Assembly: GCA_964016885.1 (NCBI GenBank)
Contig: OZ024763.1
Coordinates: forward strand, 2,108,001 to 2,172,000
Reading direction: 5' to 3'
DNA from: Eledone cirrhosa
Taxonomy: Eukaryota
DNA length: 64,000 nucleotides
Part shown: piece by piece, positions 1-12,963 of the stretch
How the letters are laid out: the number at the start of each line of letters is the position of its first letter
How positions within the stretch are numbered: position 1 is the first letter of the stretch
Position numbers and translations under genes: made by a program
The notes under the pieces: generated by a model
What the model was told of the DNA's origin: nothing
What the model saw: only the letters and a program-made list of their open reading frames with translations
Database searches by the model: none

Positions 1-49
1 CTTATTCCTGAGAGGGTCGAGGAGGCAGTCCTCAAATACTCAATCCAGA

Positions 50-207
50 TTGATTAAATTGACCCCAGTACATTACTGGTACTTAATTTTATTGAGCCCG
101 TAAGGATGAAAGGCAAAGTTAACTTCGGAGGGATTTGAACTCAGAATGCAAACAACTGGAACAAACGCTACAAAGCATTTTGTTCAATGCTCCAACATTT
201 TTGCCAA
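50..207 (-). mobile_element. tRNA-derived SINE, family 1 (Nin/Deu-like central domain), diverged copy
   Basis: Minus strand has B-box-like GAGTTCAAATCC followed by gcctttcatccttacgggctcaataaaattaagtaccag, shared with more than 10 copies in the window. Confidence 0.75.
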
Positions 208-214
208 AAGGCTC

Positions 215-1818
215 AGGTGTAATAATAAAAAAATTACCTGCATTTTACTTAATGGTCTAACAACTTTGCCAATTTGTGACAAGTGTAAAAATAATAATTT
301 ACCTATATTTTACCTGACATTTTAACAATTCTAACAACCTGTGACAAGTGTAAAAATAATAATTTACCTACATTTTACCTGACATTTTAACAATTCTAAC
401 AACCTGTGACAAGTGTAAAAATAATAATTTACCTACATTTTACCTGGCATTTTAACAATTCTAACAACCTGTGACAAGTGTAAAAATAATAATTTACCTA
501 CATTTTACCTGACATTTTAACAATTCTAACAACCTGTGACAAGTGTAAAAATAATAATTTACCTACATTTTACCTGGCATTTTAACAATTCTAACAACCT
601 GTGACAAGTGTAAAAATAATAATTTACCTACATTTTACCTGACATTTTAACAATTCTAACAACCTGTGACAAGTGTAAAAATAATAATTTACCTACATTT
701 TACCTGACATTTTAACAATTCTAACAACCTGTGACAAGTGTAAAAATAATAATTTACCAACATTTTACCTGACATTTTAACAATTCTAACAACCTGTGAC
801 AAGTGTAAAAATAATAATTTACCTACATTTTACCTGACATTTTAACAATTCTAACAACCTGTGACAGGTGTAAAAATAATAATTTACCTGTATTCTACCT
901 GATGGTTTAACAACTCTCCCAATCTGTGACAGGTGTAATAACAAAAATTTACCAACATTTACCTGACAATTTAAAAACTCTGCCAATCATCTGTGACAGG
1001 TGTAATAACAAATTTTTTACCAACATTTTACCTGATGGTTTAATAATTCTGCCAATCTGTGACAGTTGTAAAAATAATAATTTACCTACATTTTTACCTG
1101 ATGGTCTAACAATTCTGCTAATCTGTGACAGGTGTAATAATAATACTTATTTACTGACATTTTACCTGATGGTCTAACAATTCTACTAATCTGTGGCAGG
1201 TGTAAAAATAATTATTTACCTACATTTTAACAATTTTAACAAGCTGCGACAGGTGTAAAAATAATAATTTACCTATATTCTATCTGATGGTCTAACGATT
1301 CTGGTAATCTGTGACAGGTGTAATAATAATACTTATTTACTGACATTTTACCTGATGGTCTAACAATTCTACTAATCTGTGGCAGGTGTAAAAATAATTA
1401 TTTACCTACATTTTAACAATTTTAACAAGCTGCGACATGTGTAAAAATAATAATTTACCTATATTCTACCTGATGGTCTAACAATTCTACTAATCTGTGG
1501 CAGGTGTAAAAATAATCATTTACCTACATTTTAACAATTCTAACAAGCTGCGACAGGTGTAAAAATAATAATTTACCTATATTCTACCTGATGGTCTAAC
1601 GATTCTGGTAATCTGTGACAGGTGTAATAATAATACTTATTTACTGACATTTTACCAGATGGTCTAACAATCCTACCAATTGGCGAAAGGTGTAATAACA
1701 AAAATGTACCTATATTTTACCTGACAATATAAAAACTCTGTGAATCACCTGTGACAGGTGTAATAATAAAATTTTTACCAACATTTTACCTGATGGTCTA
1801 ATAATTCTGACAATTTAC
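215..1818. repeat. Minisatellite, ~65-bp unit, probably derived from the SINE family 1 head
   Basis: Unit acctgtgacaagtgtaaaaataataatttacctacattttacctgacattttaacaattctaaca; aatttaccta recurs at 361 and 426. Confidence 0.9.
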
Positions 1819-2228
1819 CAAGGTCAAGAGCTGGAAGCTTCTAATAAAGGATCATGGTACTTGACCTGACCTAACCTGACTTGACCTCCTTAATTAAATA
1901 TTGGGTTGGAAGAGGTGTGGGGAGGGGGGGGGGGACAGAAGGTGAGACTGGAATTAGAGAACAGAGCAAGTGGTGTTCTATGATAGCCATGTCAGTGAGA
2001 CTCCTTGGATATACTAGACAGCTGTATTAAGTAGAACCATCTGGAACATAGTTGTGATGTAATGTGGTGTGGTGTGATGTGGTGTGGTGTGGTGTGGTGT
2101 GGTGTGGTGTAGTGTGGTGTGGTATGGTGTAGTGTATGGTAGAGCTGTTTAAATTAATCTCTCTCTCTCTCCCTCTCTCGCATTCAACCTCTCTCAACTT
2201 TTGTCTCTTTTCTTCTCTCTAATATTAA

Positions 2229-2264
<36 letters not shown>

Positions 2265-2374
2265 CTCTCTCTCTTTTTCTCTCTCTCTCTCTCCATTATC
2301 TTATCCTTCTCTCCTTCTCTGGAAGATATTAACTAAGTTCTGACCTAAAAAGAGATGAGTTCCATCAGGTTTAA

Positions 2375-2596
2375 CCCTTTAATGTTCAAACCGGCCAAAA
2401 CCAGACATAATTCTCTCCCGCTTTCTGTTGAAACTGGCTGTAACTGGTGACTCATACTGATGTTGAGGTATTGTTCTCAAAATAAATACTTTCAAAATCT
2501 CATAGATTCGATATTATGTGAGATAATTATACGAGGTAAAGCCTTTACCATGAAAATGTAATAGTATATATATAGAGTAATGTGAATACTAAAGGG
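2375..2596. mobile_element. piggyBac-like MITE with TTAA target-site duplication
   Basis: TTAA|CCCTTTAATGTTC ... GAATACTAAAGGG|TTAA; related copy at ~24409-24606. Confidence 0.75.
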
Positions 2597-2712
2597 TTAA
2601 ATATTACCAAGAAATGGTGGATGTCATAATGATGTGCCGCTCACTCCCGCAGGGGTTATGGCACCATATATACATACAGTGATACATATATATACATGCA
2701 TACATATATATA

Positions 2713-2901
2713 TACATGGTGGCTGCCAACTCGTTTTCGAGTACGGCCACTACTTTATATCCATATAGGAGAACCCCTACCGATGCGCTGAACGAGTGTG
2801 ACTTCTTAGTCCAGCCAGCGACTTGAAAACTCTGGTACAAACACTACACTTGTGACAATTATTGACATATAGTGCTGGGCCCATGGTACATACATATATA
2901 T

Positions 2902-2968
<67 letters not shown>

Positions 2969-3212
2969 TATACATATATACATCAGATATACATATATAC
3001 AAAGACATACATACTTATATACATATATACGTACGTACATGGTGGCTGCCAACTCGTTTTCGAGTACGGCCACTACTTTATATCGATGTAGGAGAACCCC
3101 TACCGATGCGCTGAACGAGTGTGACTTCTTAGTCCAACCAGCGACTTGAAAACTCTGGTACAAACACTACACTTGTGACAATTATTGACACATAGTGCTG
3201 GGCCCATGGTAC
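2713..3212 (-). mobile_element. RTE-type LINE 3' end with C2H2 finger, present twice (2713-2889 and 3036-3212)
   Basis: Minus strand encodes [26 protein letters not shown], resembling the C-terminal finger of RTE ORFs; two ~177-bp near-identical copies separated by (TA)n. Confidence 0.6.
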
Positions 3213-3957
3213 GATGTGATGACAAGTGCAGAGAGATCTCCAGATACAAAGCAATGCCTGTGCCGTGAAGCATTTATAGTGAGCAAAGGCACTGCACAAA
3301 GCCAGTCCGACTCTCTTAACCAAGATGATATTTACCAAAAAGAAGAACAAGTCAACATCATTGGATACCATCAGGGTTGCAGGTGTTATATCAGAGTTTT
3401 CCTTCTCCTAGAATTCTGCCTTGACAAAGGCTAAGGGGTCATTTCTCCCAGTGATTTTGGATGGCCATTGACTCTTAAGAGCTCCTTTGCCCTTTGACAG
3501 GTTTTGTTTTTAGTCCTGCAGGATGTCCAAAGTCACCCTCCTCACCAAGAAACCTTGGTGGGGTTGCCAGTTTAGTCGCCAACGACCCGACCATGAGACA
3601 GGTTGTACTGGGATACATGTTACCAGTACATACATATATACATACATACATGTATATATATGTTTGTATGTGTATATATGTGTATATATATATATATGTT
3701 TATGTATATATATACATGTATGCATATGTATATACATGTATGAATATATATGTCTATATATATATATATATATGTATATGTATATATATACATGTATGCA
3801 TATGTATATACATGTATGAATATATATGTCTGAAATATATATATATATATATGTGTATATATATATATGTCTATATATATATGTGTATATATATATATAT
3901 ATATGTGTGTGTATATATATATATATATATGTGTATATATATATATGTGTATATATA

Positions 3958-4011
<54 letters not shown>

Positions 4012-4013
<2 letters not shown>

Positions 4014-5068
4014 CTCATACAGTTCCGTATGAGCAAGACATGGTCACCTGACACAACTTGTCTCAGACAGGGACAACTCCTCTAATCTATCAAGCGTGAA
4101 AAATAGACGTTAAACGGTGATGATGATGGTGGTGGTGGTGGTGGTGGTGGTGGTGGTGGTGGTGGTGGTGGTGGTGGTAATGGTGATGGTAATGGTGGTG
4201 GTGGTGGTGGTAATGGTGGTGGTGATGGTGGTGGTGTGGTGATGGTGGTGATGGTGGTGATGGTGGTGATGGTGGTGATGGTGGTGGTGATGGTGATGAT
4301 GGTGGTGGTGATGGTGGTGGTGTGGTGATGGTGGTGGTGTGGTGATGGTGGTGGTGGTGGTGGTGGTGGTGATGATGGTGGTGGTGTTGGTGATGGTGGT
4401 GATGGTGGTGGTGATGGTGATGATGGTGGTGGTGGTGATGGTGGTGGTGTGGTGATGGTGGTGGTGGTGGTGGTGATGGTGGTGATGGTGGTGATGGTGG
4501 TGGTGGTGGTGGTGTTGGTGATGGTGGTAATGGTGATGGTGGTGGTAATGGTGATGGTGATGGTAATGGTGGTGGTGGTGGTGATGGTGTTGTTACTCTC
4601 AAATATAAAATATAAAATATCAATTAAATGCGTCAGAAATTAATTAGTTTTTAAATAACATCTTTTATATTGCTTAATCATGTCTGTACTTTCTCTTCTA
4701 CTCACCTGAATAATCAAAGCTAGCAATGTTGTTGTTGGTGGTGGTGGTGTTGGTGGTGGTGGTGTTGTTGGTGGTGGTGGTGGTGTTGGTGGTGGTGTTG
4801 TTGGTGGTGGTGGTGGTGTTGTTGTTGGTGGTGGTGTTGTTGGTAGTGGTGTTGGTGGTGGTGGTGTTGGTGGTGTTGTTGTTGGTGGTGGTGTTGGTGG
4901 GGGTGGTGTTGGTGGTGGTGGTGTTGTTGTTGGTGGTGGTGTTGGTGTTGGTGGTATTGTTGGTGGTAGTGGTGTTGTTGGTGGTATTGTTGGTGGTAGT
5001 GGTGTTGTTGGTGGTATTGTTGGTGGTAGTGGTATTGGTGTTGGTGTTGGTGGTGGTGGTGGTGTTGT
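4012..5068. repeat. RTE 3'-tail remnant (4012-4127) followed by (GGT/GAT)n and (GGT/GTT)n arrays
   Basis: gacgttaaacggtgatgatg runs directly into the trinucleotide array; the second array abuts the SINE tail at 5071. Confidence 0.8.
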
Positions 5069-5070
5069 TG

Positions 5071-5267
5071 TTTCTACTTTTGTTTCTTCTTTTGGCACAA
5101 GGCCAGCAATTACCCAGTACATTACCGGTACTTTATTTTATCGAGCCCGTAAGGATGTAAGGCAAAGTTGACCTCGGCGGGATTTGAACTCAGAATGGAA
5201 AGGGTCGTAACTCTATGCGTCACAGCATGACGTCCGACCCTCTACCGATACTGCCAATCCACCACCC
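5071..5267 (-). mobile_element. SINE family 1, near full length
   Basis: Minus strand: ggattggcagtatcggtagagggtcgg...ctgagttcaaatcccgccgaggtcaactttgcc...gctggccttgtgccaaaag. Confidence 0.85.
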
Positions 5268-5343
5268 TTATAATAATGATAATAATGATAATAATGATAA
5301 TATTAAATGTGAAGACTAAATTCCAAAGAGGGCTCGATAAGGA

Positions 5344-5375
<32 letters not shown>

Positions 5376-5502
5376 AAAGTTCTATTTAAATTGTTGGGAT
5401 ACAACAATCAAATATTTTTATAACTGATATAAAGCATTCAACAAATAATTGGAGTAAAAATACGATATTAACAAATGGAAACTATATTTATAAAACCATA
5501 TT

Positions 5503-5567
5503 TATTTCATTATACATATTTCAAGGACACCAAGTTAAATTATGTTGTGCTTTCATCAGATAAAATA
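5503..5567 (-). ncRNA. Type I hammerhead ribozyme motif, family A
   Basis: tattttat CTGATGA aagcac...gtgtcctt GAAAT atgt ATA atgaaata; 8-bp helix I with one G:U pair. Confidence 0.75.
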
Positions 5568-5663
5568 TAATATAGAGCAGTTTTATAAATAAATATTGAC
5601 ATACCCTTAAAGAATACAACCATTACTGTTGGAAGCTCCCGGATATATATATATATATATATA

Positions 5664-6118
5664 CAAATGAATATATGATAGGGATAAACACTGATACAAG
5701 TATACATGTGTTCGCGTTGTAAATGACCAAGTTAGTTAGGTTGAAAAATACTATTTTCAGCGGCACGAGTATGGGACGTGCTAGACACTGTGACACGTGC
5801 GTTAAAAAACACATTTCTCTCAGTCTTCTTAAGTATTTTGAAGTGAAACTTACCAATTTCTGGATACCAGCAGAAGAGCACAGAAATAGGAAATTTCACT
5901 TAATTGTTGCGAAACAAATTTGAAATTTAAAATTTAAATTTGTCCAGGTATCACGGCTATTGCCAATATAGGTTTGTTTTTATTGATTTATTATTTTAAA
6001 TTGAGACAGGCAAACCGTATTTTAATTAGTATTTTTCAATCTAGCTAACTTGGTCATTTGTAATGCGAACACACATGTATACTTGTATCAGTGTTTATCC
6101 CTATCATATAGCCATTTG
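5664..6118. mobile_element. MITE with ~90-bp terminal inverted repeats, flanked by TA
   Basis: tatgatagggataaacactgatacaagtatacatgtg at the left end; its reverse complement cacatgtatacttgtatcagtgtttatccctatcata at the right end. Confidence 0.8.
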
Positions 6119-6185
6119 TATTACACAGCTCAGAAATATTCCTTTCTTTGAGCTATTTAATTGTAAAAGACTATATAATATATAT

Positions 6186-6260
<75 letters not shown>

Positions 6261-6339
6261 AGTGTGTATATATATATACCCCACTAGATATAAATTAGTT
6301 GGAATACACACACACACACACATATATATATAATAATAT

Positions 6340-6440
6340 AATAATGAAATTATTGTGTACAGTGCTCAGGTGCACTACAACTCATCAAAGGTGCATGTAT
6401 AGTACATAGAATAATGTACAAATGTCAGGAAAATGAACAG
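6340..6440 (-). mobile_element. CR1-like LINE 3' UTR fragment
   Basis: aatgaaattattgtgtacagtgctcaggtgcactacaactc is shared with 40558-40728, which carries the ORF end, and with 46250-46347. Confidence 0.6.
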
Positions 6441-6726
6441 TATATATAGAAAGAGAGAGAGAGAGGGAGAGGGAGAGAGATTAACTAGAAAACATACACA
6501 TATATGTGTATATATATGTGTATATATATGTGTATATATATGTGTGTTTATATATATATGTGTATATATATATGTGTGTATATATATATGTGTGTTTATA
6601 TATATATGTGTGTTTATATATATATGTGTGTTTATATATATGTGTGTATATATATATGTGTATATATATATGTGTGTATATATATATGTGTATATATATG
6701 TGTGTTTATATATATATGTATATATA

Positions 6727-6758
<32 letters not shown>

Positions 6759-6889
6759 CACCCACTAGATATAGATTAGCCAGAGATCCATCAGTTCCAC
6801 CCCAAAACCAAAGGTTTCAGGTTGAGTAACTATACCATTAAATCTATGATTGATTTTGGTTAGGATTGATGATGGGGGGGGCAGGGGTA

Positions 6890-7267
6890 GTGTGGTGGTG
6901 GTGGTGGTGGTGGTGGTGGTGGTCGGGTTTATAGTAGTGGTGGTGGTGGTTGTGAGGGTTTATTAGTATGGTGATAGTGATAGTGGTGGTCGTAGTAGTA
7001 GTGTCAGTGGTGGTGGTAGTAGTAGTGGTGGTGGTGGTGGTGGTGGTAGTAGTGGTGGTGGTGGTAGTAGTGGTGGTGGTGGTGGTGGTAGTAGTAGTGG
7101 TGGTGGTGGTGGTGGTGGTAGTAGTGGTGGTGGTGGTGGTAGTAGTGGTGGTGGTGGTGGTGGTGGTGGTGGTGGTGGTGGTAGTGGTGGTGGTAGTAGT
7201 GGTGGTGGTAGTAGTGGTAGTGGTGGTGGTGGTGGTGGTGGTAGTAGTAGTGGTGGTGGTAGTGGTG

Positions 7268-7305
<38 letters not shown>

Positions 7306-7327
7306 GGTGGTAGTAGTGGTGGTAGTG

Positions 7328-7359
<32 letters not shown>

Positions 7360-9095
7360 AGTGGTAGTGGTAGTAGCTATTTCCCTAAACCATTGGAAAT
7401 AGAATGATGATAGCCATAGAATTACATGATTTTAGATCATAAATTACTATTTTAGATATTTGGTAGGGTGTGGGGGGTAGTTGATCTGTATTGGGTGGGT
7501 GGCGGCTGTAGGAGGGGGTAGTTGATATGAAATGGGTGGGTGGTGGGTGTAGGGGGGTGGGGGTAGTTGATATGAAATGGGTGGGTGGTTGGTTGGCAGG
7601 TGTATGGTGGGGTGGTGTATGTTGTAGTTGGTGTGGTGGTCTGTATGGGGTGGTGTATAGTTGGTGTGGTGGTGTGTATGGTGGGCTGGTGCATGTTGTA
7701 GTTGGTGGGGTGGTGTATAGTTGGTGTGGTGGTCTGTATGGGGTGGTGTATAGTTGGTGTGGTGGTGTGTATGGAGGGGTGGTGTGGTGGTCTGTATGGG
7801 GTAGTGTATAGTTGGTGTGGTGGTCTGTATGGTGGGGTGGTCTGTATAGGGTGGTGTATAGTTGGTGTGGTGGTGTGTATGTGGTGTGGTGTAGTTGATG
7901 TGGTGGTTGGTCTGTATGGGGTGGTGTATAGTTGGTGTGGTGGTCTGTATAGGGTGGTGTATAGTTGGTGTGGTGGTGTGTATGTGGTGTGGTGTATGGT
8001 GTAGTTGATGTGGTGGTCTGTATAGGGTGGTGTATAGTTGGTGTGGTGGTGTGTATGTGGTGTGGTGTATGGTGTAGTTGATGTGGTGGTCTGTATAGTT
8101 GGTGTGGTGGTGTGTATGTGGTGTGGTGTATGGTGTAGTTGATGTGGTGGTTGGTCCATATGGGGTGGCTAATTGTTAGTATATTGGGTTGGAGGGGTAG
8201 ATACTTGCTTGAGAAGTTCCAATAGGGTAAGCTGGTTGATGTGGTGTCTGTCTGTCTGTCTATCTCTCTGGCCAGCTGTCTGTCTGTCTGTGAGGGAGCA
8301 CCCTCTCTCTGTGCTCCTGAGGAGAAGGGGTTGCACACTTTTTTCGGGTGGGGTGTGCGACCCCCCAAACGCCCCCTCCCTATTGAGGACTTTATTGTTA
8401 ATTTTATATTTGTTATTTGTTTTCTTTACTCGCCTTTTTGTGTAAACTCCCCCCTTGTATTTGTCCCCTTATTTTGCGCCCTAGTGGCAATAAATAGAAA
8501 TCTATCTCTCTGGCCAGCTGTCTGTCTCTCTGGCTAGCTGTCTGTCTCTCTGGCTAGCTGTCTGTCTGTCTGTCTGTCTATCTCTCTGGCCAGCTGTCTG
8601 TCTGTCTCTCTGGCCAGCTGTCTGTCTGTCTCTCTGGCCAGCTGTATGTCTGTCTCTCTGGCCAGCTGTATGTCTGTCTCTCTGGCCAGCTGTATGTCTG
8701 TCTCTCTGGCTAGCTGTCTGTCTCTCTGGCCAGCTGTATGTCTGTCTGTCTGTCTATCTCTCTGGCTATATGTCTGTCTATCTCTCTGGCTATCTGTCTG
8801 TCTGTCTGTCCATATGTCAGTCTAGCTGACTGGCTGGCTGGCTGACTGTCTGTCTGTTTATCTATATCTGTTCATTAGTATGCCTGCCTGTCAGTCAGTC
8901 TGTCTGATTATCCATCTGTCTGTCTGTCAGTCTGTTTGTAGGGTTGTCCATCCATCTATCTGTCTATCCATCTGTCTGTCAGCCAGTCTGTCAGCCAGTC
9001 AGTCTGTCTGTCTCTCTGTCAGCCTGTCTATCAGCCAGTCTGTCAGCCGGTCAGTCTGTCAGCCAGTCAGTCTGTCTGTCAGTCTAACAGACTGG
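6890..9095. repeat. Compound simple repeats: (GGT/AGT)n, GTGTATAGTTGGTGTG minisatellite, (CTGT)n with ctctggccag; probable LINE 3' UTR at 8290-8500
   Basis: Periodicity is directly visible; 8290-8500 ends in ccctagtggcaataaatagaaa, resembling the reverse complement of 31712-31735. Confidence 0.75.
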
Positions 9096-9497
9096 TTGAT
9101 CCATTCATTCTGAGAAATTCCAATGGAGAAAGCAAGGTGCTGCAGGCAACAGTGGTGTGACCTTATTTTTTAGGGTTTGTTGTAGACATAATGACCCCCC
9201 ACCCTCACACATCCCCCTCCACACACTCCACCCCACCCCCTCTCCACCCCCATCCCCATCCCACCCCATCTCTTGCCATTTTTCTTTTTTGGGTTGTTTT
9301 CAGTAGAACACTCATAGCCACACAACAGAAACTCACACATCTATAAACACACACACATAGTCTCACACACAGAGAAACACACACACACACATAGTTACAT
9401 TTTTCCACATTGGCATGGGTTAGACAATCTATCCTGTTGTGAGCAATGCTAGGTCAGGTGTCCATGTCATGCTCATACATGAATGGGTGTATATATA

Positions 9498-10028
9498 TCA
9501 TCATCATCATCATCGTTTAACGTCCATCTTCCACGCTAGCATGGGTTTGGACGGGAGTTTTCCCACTTGAGGCATGATTGGTTGTCTTGCTCGTATAGGA
9601 CTGTCTGGCGGGTTTTCTACAGCTGGATGCCCTTCCTAACACCAACCACATTTACAGTGTGGACTGGGAGGTTTTTACCGTGTTACCTACACGGCCACAT
9701 TACAGCGTGGACTGTGTGTTTTTTTGTCGTGACACCTACACGACCTCATTTGTTTCGGACTGGATGTTGTAGTACCAACATAACTTCACATTGAAAGGGG
9801 TGGTGTGGATGAGGTGGGGGTAGTGGGATGGGGGTGTATTTTGGTTAAGAGGTGCCTACTGACTGTAGTAGGTTTCACTTTGTACTTAGGCAAGGCGGGT
9901 CTTCTGTATGACTGTGTAGCGCTAAAGATCTCGGTCCAGTGACATTGTCTTGGAGAGGTGTAAGTGTGTGAGGTCGGAATGTATCAAGTCGTCCCACGTT
10001 TTTCTGGGTCTGCCTACTCCGTGGCTAC
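9498..10028 (-). mobile_element. 5'-truncated RTE LINE: ORF C-terminus, long 3' UTR and (GAT)n tail
   Basis: Minus-strand translation GRPRKTWDDLIHSDLTHLHLSKTMSLDRDL*RYTVIQKTRLA*; further copies at 33814-34248, 34779-35035 and 47535-47660. Confidence 0.8.
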
Positions 10029-10133
10029 TATATACATATATATATAACGGAGTTGTGGTAAGGAACCAGATGGACTATAACACACCAGAGTACTCAATAC
10101 TTAGGGTAGTAGAGTGGGTAATAGGAAAATGTT

Positions 10134-10174
<41 letters not shown>

Positions 10175-10546
10175 TAAAGTATGTCCATAGAATCATTTGA
10201 TAAAATATATACACCATTTCCTCTCCCAATTAGCATAATTAACCACATAAAAGATCAATTAGACCAGGCTACAAGAATAAAGGCTCCTATGAAGAAATAT
10301 TTGATAAATAAACGACAGCAGCCTCTTCGCGGCTGACCGCAATAGAATATTTACCCAACATTTCAACAGCATGTAGAAATCTACTAAATATACCGTCAAC
10401 CATACACAATTAGGTATATAATTAAAGTTAGAAGAAATGCGTACACTCTTACCATGATTATGTCCCTACCCTGGGGTTTCGTTCGCGTTTATATATATAT
10501 ATATATATATACTCTAGTAAAAGTTAGGTAGAAATATAGAAATGAC

Positions 10547-10591
10547 TTCTACAGAACTATAACTGTTTCATTCATAAGAAATCATAAGGAA
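10547..10591 (-). ncRNA. Degenerate hammerhead, family B (core CTTATGA)
   Basis: ttc CTTATGA tttcttatgaat GAAACAG ttatagtt CTGTA gaa; G5 is mutated. Confidence 0.5.
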
Positions 10592-10624
10592 AGCCTATAT
10601 ATATATATATATATATATAGATGA

Positions 10625-10673
10625 GATTCTACAGGACTAGAACTGTTTCATTCTTTAGAAATCATCAGGAATC
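10625..10673 (-). ncRNA. Type I hammerhead ribozyme motif, family B
   Basis: gattc CTGATGA tttctaaagaat GAAACAG ttctagtc CT GTA gaatc; the opposite arm is collapsed after gattcctgatgatt; family tail runs to ~10770. Confidence 0.8.
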
Positions 10674-10767
10674 AGAGATTCCTGATGATTATATTAAAAC
10701 TTTTATACTCTGCTATGTATTGAGTACCTTACTGACTGTGGTTACCTCCGATTCAACCCGGAATAAC

Positions 10768-10850
<83 letters not shown>

Positions 10851-10914
10851 TGTACATACACTCACACATAGACCATCACACACACAGACATATGCATAGG
10901 GAGGAAGAAAGAGT

Positions 10915-12033
10915 GGGTGTAGTTGTGGTGGTGGTTGTGTCTGGTGGTAGCTGTAGCTGTAGTGGTGGCAGTGGTGGTGGTTGTAGTAGTGGCGGTGGTT
11001 GTGGTTGTGTCTGGTGGTGGTTGTAGCTGTAGTGGTGGTGGCAGAGGTGGTTGTAGCTGTAGTGGTGGTGGCGGTGGTGGTGGTTGTAGTAGTGGCGGTG
11101 GTTGTGGTTGTGTCTGTAGCTGTATTAGTGGCGGTGGTTGTGGTTACGTCTGGTGGTGGTTGTAGCTGTAGTGGTGGTGGCAGTGGTGGTTGTAGCTGTA
11201 GTGGTGGTGGCAGTGGTGGTTGTAGCTGTAGTGGCGGTGGCAGTGGTGGTGGTTATGTCTGGCGGTGGCAGTGGTGGTGGTTATGTCTGGTGGTAGCTGT
11301 AGCTGTAGTGGTGGCAGTGGTGGTGGTTGTAGTAGTGGCGGTGGTTGTGGTGGTGTCTGTAGCTGTATTAGTGGCGGTGGTTGTGGTTACGTCTGGTGGT
11401 GGTTGTAGCTGTAGTGGTGGTGGCAGTGGTGGTTGTAGCTGTAGTGGTGGTGGCAGTGGTGGTTGTAGCTGTAGTGGTGGTGGCAGTGGTGGTTGTAGCT
11501 GTAGTGGTGGTGGCAGTGGTGGTTGTAGCTGTAGTGGTGGTGGCAGTGGTGGTTGTAGCTGTAGTGGTGGTGGCAGTGGTGGTTGTAGCTGTAGTGGTGG
11601 TGGTGGTGGCAGTGGTGGTTGTTATGTCTGGCGGTGGTTGTATCTGTAGCGGTGGCAGTGGCTGTGGTTGTTTAGCAATGAAAGTGGTATTGAAGTGAGA
11701 GGGCAACCATCTACACTCTTGTTCACTGGCCTCTAGATTTAACATCCAACGTTAGGCTTTTTCATTGCTAATTCCTCATGAATGCATTCATGTCTACGCT
11801 CCATTAATCAAAGCCAGATCTGCATATATAGTGGCATCGCAGAATCTACACTGGCTTGGTTTGCTGGCTTTGCTAAGCTGTGCTGGGTTGTGTTGGGATG
11901 TGCTGGGATTCTGCTGTCTCTGTGTGTCTATGGCTGTGTCTGTCTCTGTCTCTCTATGTGATGTCTTTGTCTATCTATGTATGTATGTTTGTGTGTGTGT
12001 TGTGTGTTATATGCATGTGTATATGTATATATG

Positions 12034-12064
<31 letters not shown>

Positions 12065-12130
12065 TATGTATATATATGTATATATATATATGTATATATA
12101 TGTATATATATATATGTATATATATATATG

Positions 12131-12193
<63 letters not shown>

Positions 12194-12430
12194 ATATATA
12201 TATATTGTGTCTATGTCTGTGTGTATATATGTATATATATACTTGTGTGTGTCTATGTCTGTGTATATATGTATCCTTGTATGTGTGTATATATGTATAT
12301 ATATACTTGTGTGTTTGTCTTATGTGTGTGTATATATGTTTGTGTGTGTGTGTATGTTTTATATATACTGTATATATATGTGTGTGTGAGTGTATATATA
12401 AATATATAATTGTCTGGCTGTATGTGTGAT

Positions 12431-12472
<42 letters not shown>

Positions 12473-12519
12473 TGTGTATATTCTATGTATATATATGTAT
12501 ATATATATATATGTGTACT

Positions 12520-12564
<45 letters not shown>

Positions 12565-12673
12565 CTGTGTATGTATATATAAATTCTTTAATATGTATTC
12601 ATACGTTGTTATACACACACGCACACTATATATATCCGTCATAATATACATTATTTATACACCCATTTAACTC

Positions 12674-12704
<31 letters not shown>

Positions 12705-12892
12705 AATGAAGTAATTCCATCGGAAAAGTCCAGGAAATATATATATATATATAGACACCCTATCATACATATATACACTGGATTATGCTGTGTATAGGAA
12801 TTATTGTATAATGTTAGACACATGTTGGAATGTATATACATGTTTTTATAGAAATGAAGCCACATCTAGAATAGGTAGAAGTAGCACTATAC

Positions 12893-12963
<71 letters not shown>

